Shown: piece by piece, positions 1 through 10,900 of the stretch
Position numbering within the stretch: the stretch's first letter is position 1
How the letters are laid out: each line of letters begins with the position of its first letter
Virus record (IMG/VR): IMGVR_UViG_3300032753_000007
Span: 45,753-109,752 of that record
DNA from: a virus
Length of the DNA: 64,000 nt
Direction: 5' to 3' (one strand)
The notes under the pieces: model-generated
What the model saw: only the letters and a program-made list of their open reading frames with translations
Databases searched by the model: none
Told to the model about the DNA's origin: nothing
Program-made: the position numbers and the translations under genes

Positions 1-2
1 TT

Positions 3-2066
3 AATTTTAGCTCAACGCCCTCTCCAGTAGTTACTCCTAATCCAGTACCTACTCCTGTTGCTAAATTATCACCTACTAGTTTTCAAACATCACCTTTTGC
101 TGAAAAAGTATTAGTAGATCCTTACCAAACATTTAATTTAAATAAACTCACATTACCAGAATTATCTATTGATAAAACAGTAGATTATTTAGAAAGCTTA
201 ATACCTACTGACATTATTAGCAATTTAAAAAAAGCACCAGACTTACTTAGCTTTTTATCACAAAAAGCAATGTCATTAGAAAATTTTGTAGGCTCATTAA
301 GAAATATGATGCCGTCTAATTTTTCATTAGATGGCATATTAAGAAAATGTGGTGCTTTAGATTTATTTAATAATATAAATGATATTAAAAACGTATATAG
401 TAATTTAGGTGTAGAACTCAGTACCATTGGGCCAGATGCATTAGCTACTGCTACTAATTACATATCTAATATAGAAGGTCAATTTAGTTCTGTATCTCAA
501 CAATTTTCATCATTAGGTGGAGGGCTATTAGGATCATATGGTAGCAATAGTTATGGTAGTGTGCCTTATAGTTACAATGCATCGCCTATTGTATCTACTG
601 CAGCTACATTAAGTTACGTTAATGAGTTAGCTAAAGTAACACCATCTAATAGTGATATACTCTCTACAGTAGGATTAAATAGTATAAACAATAACAAACT
701 ATTAAATAGCACTACTAGCAGTACATTTACCACAATAATGGGAGCAGCTCAAACTATTGGTGCTTCTAATACGGCTAATATAGCTAATTCAGTATCGACA
801 TTAAATCCAGCATTAGTAACTTCTATTTATACACAAGCAGTAGCAAAACTAGGAACAGCAAATAGTTCAGGAAATCTGCCTACTACAATTCCTAAAGTAG
901 TAGCTTCTGGTATAGCTGCAGTAACTAAATTAGGTACAACTAATAGTAATGCTATTTGTGCTATGACAACAACTCAATCAGCAGTTATTTTATCAATTGC
1001 TACACAATACGATACATTATCTTCTAAGTTCATTACTACGCTAACTACACAAATAGCAACGCATGGTAGTGCTACTATACAAACAATAGTTAATGATTTA
1101 AATACAGTTATTTCTACTACTGGTGTAACGCCATTATTAACGTTACTAAATACAGTTTATAAAACAAATAGCACTACTGCATTATCTACTGCTACAAATA
1201 GCAGTATTTATACAACGTTAATATCAGACATTAACGCCTATGGGATTAGCTTTATTTATTCACTTGCACAAAGCATTGCTGTTAGTGGTCAAGCTACTGT
1301 TATTTCACTAATTACAAATATTAGTGAAATAACGCCTGCTGTATTATCGCCTATACTAGCATCAGTATCCACTATACAAACAACAATGACTAGTTTAATT
1401 GCTGATATACAGACATTAACACCCGCACAATACACAGCTATTACAGATATATTGTCTACTTATGATCCTGGATTAATTAGTGCACTAGCTACTGCAAATA
1501 CTACATTAACAGCAGCACAAGTACTACAAACTATCAATGCATTTACTAATGTAGATCCTACTGTATTAAGTAATAGCATTATACAATTAACTAATCAGTC
1601 TACATCAACGCTAACTACTATTGGTAAATTAATGGCAGTTAATGAACCCTATAGCATTGTTAGTAATTCTGTGTATGGTGATCCAATATTACTACATTAC
1701 GCAATAAAAGAAAGTTTAAAAATTTATTCATTAAAAGGTAATTATAATGCTGTTTTAAATCTATTAACTAATTATAATGGCACTATTGTAGCCAATGATT
1801 TATTAACAGTTATTAGTAACCTATTAACTAATTATAAACAGACTACTTCTGATTTATTACTGGGATTAACAGAAGCGGGTGCTAATTTATTAAACGCTTT
1901 AAATAGCATTTATATTAATTGGTTTACTGTACTCAGAAATGGCATTAGTATTGAAAATACTTATATACTAATTGGCGCTAGTAACGATGCTTTAATTTTA
2001 TTACAAACTCAACCATCCACAGCTATTGGGGCTACTTTAGTACTTGATAACAACTATACAAAATAA
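3..2066 (+). CDS. Thr/Ser/Ala-rich hypothetical, probably virion protein (5'-partial)
   Basis: The frame of the 270..2066 ORF is open back to position 3 (NFSSTPSPVVTPNPVPTP...), so the gene starts left of the window. Low-complexity T/S/A/I/L composition; lies beside the tail block. Confidence 0.6.
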   Translation, partial: NFSSTPSPVVTPNPVPTPVAKLSPTSFQTSPFAEKVLVDPYQTFNLNKLTLPELSIDKTVDYLESLIPTDIISNLKKAPDLLSFLSQKAMSLENFVGSLRNMMPSNFSLDGILRKCGALDLFNNINDIKNVYSNLGVELSTIGPDALATATNYISNIEGQFSSVSQQFSSLGGGLLGSYGSNSYGSVPYSYNASPIVSTAATLSYVNELAKVTPSNSDILSTVGLNSINNNKLLNSTTSSTFTTIMGAAQTIGASNTANIANSVSTLNPALVTSIYTQAVAKLGTANSSGNLPTTIPKVVASGIAAVTKLGTTNSNAICAMTTTQSAVILSIATQYDTLSSKFITTLTTQIATHGSATIQTIVNDLNTVISTTGVTPLLTLLNTVYKTNSTTALSTATNSSIYTTLISDINAYGISFIYSLAQSIAVSGQATVISLITNISEITPAVLSPILASVSTIQTTMTSLIADIQTLTPAQYTAITDILSTYDPGLISALATANTTLTAAQVLQTINAFTNVDPTVLSNSIIQLTNQSTSTLTTIGKLMAVNEPYSIVSNSVYGDPILLHYAIKESLKIYSLKGNYNAVLNLLTNYNGTIVANDLLTVISNLLTNYKQTTSDLLLGLTEAGANLLNALNSIYINWFTVLRNGISIENTYILIGASNDALILLQTQPSTAIGATLVLDNNYTK

Positions 2067-2069
2067 AAG

Positions 2070-2702
2070 GTGATTTATATGTTAATTAAGTTTGCAATTG
2101 AAAACGGCTATGCTATCATATTTTGGCTCTATGTAACATGGCACTCTATTTTAATTATATATAACTTAGTAAGAAAAAAGAACACAGCTGTTAAAGTAGC
2201 AAAAGCATTAAATGAAGTATTAGAGAATAATCCTAGAATTGTTTTTACTAAGCATGAAAGGAAGATACTAAAAGAAACAATGCCGTTAATGAATGATGTT
2301 TTGTTATTAAAAGTATTTTTTGAATTTCCTAGTATTAAATCATTAAGTGATAATAACTTAGTATCAGATAGAGTAATTAGTTTATATGAGTTAGGTAAAG
2401 ATTGTAGCCCTAAAATACAAGAAGCTATTGTTTGGTTATTAATGTTACAGACTAATATAAAATGTCATGAAGAATATTATCATAATAAAAAAATAGTCGT
2501 AAAAGAAGAAGTCTATAAAATACCTAAAACAAAAGTAGATTTATTGCATCAGCTAAATGCTTTAAATGGAGAATGTAGTCGATTAAAAATATCTACCGAT
2601 GCATTTACTGAAAAGGGCATTACATTTATGTATGGATTAGCAGTTGAATTAAATCTATGCAGAACTCATGAAGGAAAACGTTTAAATTGGACAACGCATT
2701 AA
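2070..2702 (+). CDS. hypothetical protein with N-terminal transmembrane segment
   Basis: 210-aa ORF; hydrophobic YAIIFWLYVTWHSILIIYNLV followed by RKK; ends just before a terminator. Confidence 0.6.
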   Translation: MIYMLIKFAIENGYAIIFWLYVTWHSILIIYNLVRKKNTAVKVAKALNEVLENNPRIVFTKHERKILKETMPLMNDVLLLKVFFEFPSIKSLSDNNLVSDRVISLYELGKDCSPKIQEAIVWLLMLQTNIKCHEEYYHNKKIVVKEEVYKIPKTKVDLLHQLNALNGECSRLKISTDAFTEKGITFMYGLAVELNLCRTHEGKRLNWTTH

Positions 2703-2713
2703 CTGCATATAGC

Positions 2714-2747
2714 ATCACTACAGAGCCAATTATGGCTCTGTAGTGAT
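2714..2747. terminator. bidirectional terminator hairpin
   Basis: ATCACTACAGAGCCA-atta-TGGCTCTGTAGTGAT between convergent genes. Confidence 0.8.
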
Positions 2748-2755
2748 TGTATATA

Positions 2756-4897
2756 TTAAAAATCTAATCGACCTTGTGCTGCTATACTCATTATGTTGCC
2801 TGGTAATGTATCATTGGCAAACCAACACAATAAGTTATTTACTGATACATAAGTATCAAAGTTTTGTTGTGCTCTTGCTCTTCTTAAACGCCATCTATTA
2901 GTAGGATAATATTGCTCTGCTAATCCTAAACTACCTAATACAGCCATATAGTCAGTAAACATAGTATCTTCATCAAACATAGATGTCCAGCCTTGCAATA
3001 CGTCTGATGTACTCAATTCAGATGTAATAGGGACATGCAGCATTTTAGATAAGTTAATAATACTAATTGTTAAATCAATCCCTAAAGGCTGTTGCTGTAT
3101 ATTCCATCCTACGTTACCAGTGCCTCTACGAATGCTTAAATTACTCACTATAGCGAGTTGATGTTGTACCCTACCCTTTTGCCATAGCTTTAAAAGAAAA
3201 GGCCCTGTCCAGCTATTTCTACCCGTTGTACGTGGCGCTGCGGCGGCTATCCACATTGCAGTAGGTACTAATAAATCTTGTAAAATAGAAATGGGGTTTC
3301 CATAAGGCGTTCTTAATTTAATAGTATAGTCACTTGTTGGTAATGAGGTACTACAGCTATCCCAAAAATCAGGTATGTCAACAAAGGCTTTACCGCCTAA
3401 CATAGCTAAACCACTAAAGCCAACTGATGCAGCTACACCAGACATAATACTACCAATTCCAGATATAGCTGTTTCTAAACTATTAGCAATGATATTATCA
3501 GCAATATTGCCATTTGCAATATTAAATAAACTGCTGCGTGCTGATCGACTCGTCTCATTCATTTTAGATGCAATTTCAGATTCTTTAGTACTATTAGAGA
3601 ATGATTCACCCGTACTCGCATCCCAATCTACAACAAAAGAAACAAATGCCTGCCCATAACCTAAGTCACCTTGTAATACTTCTGAATATTCAGCTAAATG
3701 TCGTGTTAAACCATTCCATAAATTAACGACTTCACCGCCCATAGTAGTAGTTGCTGTAGCTGCTTCATTAACTGATGTTTGTGCATCTTTTACAGTAGTA
3801 TCAGGCTGTTGATCAGGTGTTGAATTATTATTACCAGAAACAAGATCGCTTAATTGATCCAATAGCCAATGGCCAGTCGCTGAAGCACTGTTTATATACG
3901 CATCAATTGTTTTAGCAAAATCAGGTTGATCTTGTATATCGCTTTCTTTTAATCCACCGCCATCTATATACGCTTTAATAGCAGCATTAGCAGATGCTGT
4001 ATCTAATGAGTCTTCTCTAATTTTATTTATTATTTTTTGATGAGCATGTGTTAAACGATGGTATCTGTTAGCTACTTCTCTAATGTCTATGCCGCCATTA
4101 TTGTTTAACCAAATATCAGGTAAAATAGTGCTGAGTGTTTTTATATCTGCAGCGGATTGTCCAAATGCAGCTGCATTCATAGTAGCCTTTTGTCCAGGTG
4201 TTTTAGATATATCGCCTGATGCTACGCCTTGTGCTAGTTTCATATTAACGCTTAATGCATTAACAATAACTGTTACAGTAGACCAGTAAAGACTCATGGC
4301 GGGTTTCATGTAATAGAACTTACTCATAGGGCGCTGTTGTAAATCAGCAATCGCTTTTACTGCAGTACCATATAACACATTCATTAATGCTAATTCAGGT
4401 ACAATATACCAGATCATAATGAAGCCAGTAAACTGAGCAATGGTTTTTAATAGATCGCCACCTACCTTACCACTGTTAGCCATGTTGCCGTGCATAGGAT
4501 CGTAAAACGATGTAAAGAAATTAGTTAAACTATTATAAGCAGGTACGCCACATTGTATGGTAATCCGTGATGCATTTTGATCGACTGCTTCAGCATAATA
4601 TCTACCCATACCCATACAAGCATTTTTAGCAGGACGTGTACTATTTTCTACACGTGCTATTAGCGATGGTAAATTAGGATCTGCATTTTCTGTATACTGA
4701 TAGAGTGGGTTAATAGAGCGGTTTCCACCTAATGAGGTATCAGAATAGTTTAGCGTATTATAACTAAACTGCTTACTAGCTGCCATTTCTTTTGTGCGAA
4801 TATTGTTATCTCTTGTAGCACCTCTACTAGGTACAAAGAATGCTTGCCTTATCCAACTTGCATCCGTTACATTTACTGTATTTGTATATAATGCCAT
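2756..4897 (-). CDS. virion tail/baseplate structural protein (phiKZ gp182-like)
   Basis: 713 aa; directly downstream of the gp181-like tape measure; GESFSNS, DIPDFWD, LRTPYGN and RGTGNVGW segments recalled from this family. Confidence 0.7.
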   Translation of the reverse strand: MALYTNTVNVTDASWIRQAFFVPSRGATRDNNIRTKEMAASKQFSYNTLNYSDTSLGGNRSINPLYQYTENADPNLPSLIARVENSTRPAKNACMGMGRYYAEAVDQNASRITIQCGVPAYNSLTNFFTSFYDPMHGNMANSGKVGGDLLKTIAQFTGFIMIWYIVPELALMNVLYGTAVKAIADLQQRPMSKFYYMKPAMSLYWSTVTVIVNALSVNMKLAQGVASGDISKTPGQKATMNAAAFGQSAADIKTLSTILPDIWLNNNGGIDIREVANRYHRLTHAHQKIINKIREDSLDTASANAAIKAYIDGGGLKESDIQDQPDFAKTIDAYINSASATGHWLLDQLSDLVSGNNNSTPDQQPDTTVKDAQTSVNEAATATTTMGGEVVNLWNGLTRHLAEYSEVLQGDLGYGQAFVSFVVDWDASTGESFSNSTKESEIASKMNETSRSARSSLFNIANGNIADNIIANSLETAISGIGSIMSGVAASVGFSGLAMLGGKAFVDIPDFWDSCSTSLPTSDYTIKLRTPYGNPISILQDLLVPTAMWIAAAAPRTTGRNSWTGPFLLKLWQKGRVQHQLAIVSNLSIRRGTGNVGWNIQQQPLGIDLTISIINLSKMLHVPITSELSTSDVLQGWTSMFDEDTMFTDYMAVLGSLGLAEQYYPTNRWRLRRARAQQNFDTYVSVNNLLCWFANDTLPGNIMSIAAQGRLDF

Positions 4898-4918
4898 TAA
4901 TTAAAATCCTGTAGTAAT

Positions 4919-4948
4919 TAGATAGCATAGCAATTGCTATGCTATCTA
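4919..4948. terminator. 30-bp perfect palindrome, terminator or processing hairpin
   Basis: TAGATAGCATAGCAATTGCTATGCTATCTA, self-complementary, between the two minus-strand tail genes. Confidence 0.7.
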
Positions 4949-4954
4949 TAAAGG

Positions 4955-7900
4955 TTAATAGGTTCTACCACTACTAATAACAGGCGATAGTGTTTGTTTA
5001 GCAGATGATGCATTAGCTACAATAATATTTTGAGCAGGTGTATTTGCTGTTGACTTCATCGTAGTTAATATTTGAGCCAATAGATCATTAGTAGTAGACA
5101 ATTTAGTAAGATGCTCATCATGTCTATTAGCTGAATCTTTATTAGCTTGTACTAATTTATCTTCAATAGGTTTAGTATTGAGTGCTGTTTGTGTAGTAAC
5201 ACTAGATAGCGTTGTTGCACTAGGTACAGGCGGCATATCGTTAGCTGTGCTTGTAGTTGTAGATTTAGATGCAGCTGCAATAGGCGATGTTACCGCATTA
5301 GCTGGCGTTACTGAGGTAGCAGGCGTAGGCATTACACTAGATGTAGGCATTGGTGGCATGTCATTGCTTGCTAGTGATGGGCCATTTCCTTTAGTTGCAA
5401 ATGCATCAGCAGGGGGTAAGCCACCTGTATTAATAGGCACATTTGTATTAGCAATGGCATTACTACTAGACGATACTGCTACTTGATAGGCTTCATCTTC
5501 AGACATGCCTTTAGATAAGTTAGCTTTATATTGCGCTCTACTGACATTCATTGCAGTAATTACACGCTCAGCTGATACTGAAGCTACATTACCATGCCCG
5601 TGCTTACTTCTGCCTGTATTAGGGTCAGCTAAACTCGCCCATTCTTCAGCAGCAGCATTAGCAGCAGCAACTGGATTATCAGTTTTACCTTTAATATAGG
5701 CTGATATTTGAGGTCTTTTTTTATCTAATAAATATTTACTAAATAAGAGTTCTTGTGTTTTAGCATCAAACTTAGTTGTATCTGGATTTAATCCTAATTT
5801 CTTTATGCCGTCTATTAATGTTGGTGGAATCATTTGATACTTACCTACAGCAAATAAACGACGCTCATCATTAGCAGATCTATTCATATCCGCTAGTATT
5901 TCAGATAATGTCATGCTCGTTAAATCACGATTACCTACTGGACCTAAAATCTTATTACCAGAAGTACCACGATTATAAGCGTTATAGCCTTTACTGCCTG
6001 ATTCAGCATTTTTAATTAAACCAGCTAATGAGTTAACTACCGGTTCAACTAAATTAACTTTAGCCCAATCAATGCCTTTACCGGCTGCTGTTTTACCTAA
6101 TGTGTAAAGCTCTTTAGCTTTATCACCTACTTTACCAGCAAAGTCTTTAATAGGATTTAATAAGTTTTCTTTACTCCAATCTACTGCTTGATCAAACATA
6201 GATTTCTTAGGTGTACCATCTGGATTAACGCCTTGCTGTCTATCTCTATCATAGTTAGGTGGTAATACTGGTTTATCTTTATCTAGTTTAGTAACAGTAG
6301 GATGTAAATTAATTGCAGATACTTTCTTTAAGTTATCTGCTTTAGTATCATTATTTCTATTAGCTTGATTCCTAAGTTGTTCTACTAATACGTCAATAGT
6401 ACTTTTATTATCACTTAACGTTATATCATGCCAAGGACTATTTTGTATGCCATAAGGATTCATACCTAAGTTAGCTTCAACAGAACCAAACTGTACTAAG
6501 TTAACAAACTTAATTATATCTTCTTTTTTTAATTCATCGTCAATATTGTCTACTTTACTTTTACCAAATTGCTGTAAGCTAGCTTTATGTTTAATATAAA
6601 CAGGTAAAAACCGTTTATATAACCAGGTATTAAAGTTAGTCTTATCAGTCATGTTGTCATAAGTACAACCAAAATCTTTATAGTACTTTTCCCATACTTC
6701 TTTAGGCAATAAATCTATTTTAGGAATATTTTTAGTGAGTGTAATATGGGGTGTAAAATCAGATTCAAAATTACGCATATCTGCTACTGCTTGACTATTA
6801 TCAATAGGTATACCATATTGTAAAAATCTTAATTTTTCTAAAGGCTCTAATGCTGTTCTATTCATTATATATTTAGTGCCTTTATATAAGCCATAGCCAG
6901 CAGCACCAACAATAATAGCCCAGCCTACTGGATTAGATAACAATAAAGCACTTTCACCTAACGCTGCGCCTGCCACGCCTAACTCACCAACAGTAGCTAG
7001 TCCAGCGCCACCTTCAGCAGCTGCAGTAGCAGCGCCTGCTGCAGTAGCAGCGGCTTCACCGCCAGCTAGTGCTCCAGCTCCAGCTACTCCTGCTGCACCT
7101 GCACCACCAATACCTAAAGCACCTAACGCTTTACCGCCCCAGCCTTTAGCATCTTTTACTAGATCACCTGCTTTACCAAATGCATCTAATATACTACCGC
7201 CAGTAGGAGTCACAATTGGTGCTGGTTTCTTATTAGTAGGTACACCCATTTCACGTAATTTTTTAGCAGTTTCTTGTTTAGCTTTACGTTTTTTAATAAT
7301 GTCTTGAAACCCACCTTCACGATTAGCTTCTTTTTCTTCACTATTTTCAGTAGGCCACTTAGTGCTAATATAGTTTTTAATATCTTTTAGTGTAGTATTA
7401 ATGGTATCTAGTTTATTACTGATCTCATTAACGTTTTCATCTACTGATTTAGTTTTCTTTCTATTTTTAAAGAAGCTGCTAATGCTGCCTACAGGATTTT
7501 TTAATACACCACCTAATTTACTAAACCAATTGCTAGCATCTTTTTTATCAGGTTTTCGTTTACCCATAGCAGCAAATAATAAATTAGACATTACTTGAGT
7601 AGTGCCTGTAAAAGCACCCCAACTTAGTTTACCTAATGTACCTACTGCTCTAGCTGCACGCTTAGGTGCTTTCTTAGCAGACCACCATATTAGATTGCCT
7701 AATAGCTTTGCTGGGAGCAATGCGAGTTTAGCACTACCAATGCCTAATTTAGCAGCTAATGGACCTAATACTTTAGCTACTGTCCAACCAACCTTAGCTA
7801 GTCTTTGTGCTCTTTCAGGGGCTTTCATTAGTTGTCTTTTTAAAAATCCACCACCTTTCCATAATGTTCTGCCTGTAAAGCCTAACATTGTTTTAAGCGG

Positions 7901-10900
7901 ATTATAAGCAGCCATAGCTAAACTAAATGGTAGCTTTGCAAGTGTCCAAGGTATTTTTATTAATGCTCCGCCTTTATCTACTATAAAGCGGCTAATGCCA
8001 GATAAGCGTTTAAATGAATTACCAAATTTAATACCTAAATTTTTACGTATACTAGGATCACCATCTGGAGAAGGGGCTGCATAGCCCGCTGATGGAATGG
8101 TAGCAATAATGGTTTGTAATAGTGTATTAGTGGATGTGCCTGTTTCTGTCAAAACAGTCATTAGATCTTTATGTTGATCTTTTAATTGTTTAGATAATGA
8201 AGTTAATTCATCAGGATTACTGCTATTGAATAAACCATTATGTTTTTGATTATCATCATTATTCCATTTAGGTAAATTTAATTTAGGCAATTCTATTTTA
8301 TTACCGTATTTATCATAGAGCTCAGTGGCATTTGTTTTTAATGCATTTACGCCAGTACTCCATCTATTTTTAATGTTCTCTTTTATATCAGAGCCTTTTA
8401 CTTTTTTTGCTTTATTTTTAATAAGCTCTTTTACTTTATTAACACTGCCATACTTTTCTTTAAGGTTATTAAACGTAGTTTCTCTGTTATCAAAAGCATG
8501 TGTTAATGCAGCATTAATTTGATTAGGTGTTAATCCTTTACTTGTTAAGTTTTCAAATAGTTTTGGATTTTTTTCTTTTATTAAAGTTTCTAAATTTTCT
8601 ACTGTTGGTTTATCCGGTAATTGATCTTTATGTTTATCATAGAAACCACGAATAGCAGTAGTAGCTGTATTAACTAGCTTATCTTTTCTTTCTAATAAAT
8701 TAGTTTGTAAAGCTTTAGCATCAAAAGGCGTATGGATTACCTTATTAGCTTCTTCTAATTTAGTCTTTAATAAATCTTCTATTTCTTTTTTATTAAACCC
8801 ACGTTTTTCTAATTCAGTAAATAGTTTACCACTTTGTGCAGTTAGTTGCTTACCGATTTCTTCAGGTTGTAATTGAGCGGGTATTAAATGTTTATGTTTA
8901 TTATAGAAGGCTTTGCTTTGTTTACTTGCTTCAGTAATGTGTGGTGCAACATGTTTTAATAAACCACTTTTAACATTTTCTATATTTTGAGATAATGGGA
9001 TAGCTGTTAGTTTTCCTTTAGTATCTTGAATATAAGTTGATAGCCCTTTTATCCGCTTACTGCCAGCACTATATACGCTATTTAAATGTTTAGATAATTC
9101 ACTTGGTGTGGAAGTATAATTAATAAATCCAGCACTAGGCATTAAATCAATCATGTTTTGTAGCAGGGCATTATTACTGCTGCTATGTGCTGCTAACGCC
9201 TTTAACATATCGCTATGATTAAAGCTCATTACATTAACTAATGTAGTAATATTATCATTACTAAAATTAACATTAGTAGTAGGCGATATCCCCTCATTAA
9301 TGTTAACTGTAGAGGATGTAGGCAATAATGAATTATTACTAGATAATGGTGTAGGGTGAATGGTTTTACCTGCCATTACTTTCATTCTGGCTTTAGGTGA
9401 TTTATTTTGATCGCCATATAAAGCGTCAATTAAATCCCAACGATATTGTTGATTAACAGCACCTTCATTATTGATTAAATTACCTAATAACTCTTTAGTA
9501 CCTGTTGCATTAGCTTCATTAAGTACGTCACCAAAATTACCCACGCCATATCGCAAAGCATTATAATTTCTGCTAATGTCTTTTTTTAATGTAGCAGTTT
9601 CTATATCATTGCTTGATACAGTCTTTATTCCGTTTTCATTAAACTCTTCAGTAATTTTAAACTTTTCTATAAATAAATTAGCAATTTTATTACGAGATTC
9701 ATATGAGAGTACAGCAGGTAAGTTATCAGGCGATGCATAGTCTATTGGGTCAAAGTTAACACCTTCAACCGCTGATTGTTTCATAAAGAAAATACCTAAA
9801 TATTTTCTTTCATTGGCATTTAGTATATTTTTATCAGGATCAATTAAATCAATGATATAATCAGCATTTGTTTTTAAATCAACACCGACTTCTTTTTTTA
9901 ATAGCTCACTAACTCGTTTTTTAGCACTAGATAACGTAGTAAACTGTTCAGTACGTGTATCAAACGTCAATCGTTCTGCTATTTCACCATTGCCTGATGT
10001 GTAGTTATAGAGTTTAGTTTGTTGTTCTAATATACGAGAAAGATAGCCTGGAATAATCTCTATTAATGAGCGACGTGATATTAAATCCCATGATACTGTT
10101 TCTGTAGCATCACTCATTAAATTCTTATTAACAGATTCGCCTAATGTGCCATTATCGCCACCATTAAATAGCTCGCCTACTGAGCCTACTAATGACCCGT
10201 ATTCTGCATGTTTAACTTTACGATTAATTATACCTGGTAGATCACCAAACCAGCGTGCTAGATCTTGTCCTACTGCATTAGTTTTATTAATGGCGCTAGT
10301 GCCTCTTTCACCAAGCACATTTTCAACATGTTTTTTACCATTCTTTTTTATCCAACCTGCAAATAACTTTCCAAGACCTTCACGCGCTTCATCGCCTGCC
10401 ATACCTGCTGCCATTTCAGCAGCAGATGGCATAAATTCATCCATGCCATCTTCTTGAGGTAAATTAGAATTTATAGCACTAGCAAATTCACTAATTTGTG
10501 TTTTTAGATTATTTTTAATACGATTAGGCATATCACCTAATCGATTACTAATACTCTTTTGTACACTACCAATGATGCGTCGTTTACTTTCATCTCTAAA
10601 CTTTTCAGAATTAGTTACTTTAACTTCATTAGGTAATGCTGTATTTTTAACAACATCAGCTAATAATGTTAATGTTTTACTATTATGAGAAAGCGTATTT
10701 TCTAATATGTCTTGTGTAGCAAAATAATGGAGGTATTGTACTTCTAATGACTTTTTATAATAAGTAGCTAATATCTTATCTTGAAAACCAACTATTCTTC
10801 CAATACCACTAACTATTTTATGCTGATACTCTATACCATGTTGAAATTTAGCTTTATCTAATTTAATGCTATTTAATTGAATAACATCATCGCGCTTTCT

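Noticed and set aside
2200-2230. KALNEVLEN resembling the KALNEYLDN repeat
   Set aside because: Short, common helical pattern in AT-rich DNA with no extended match.
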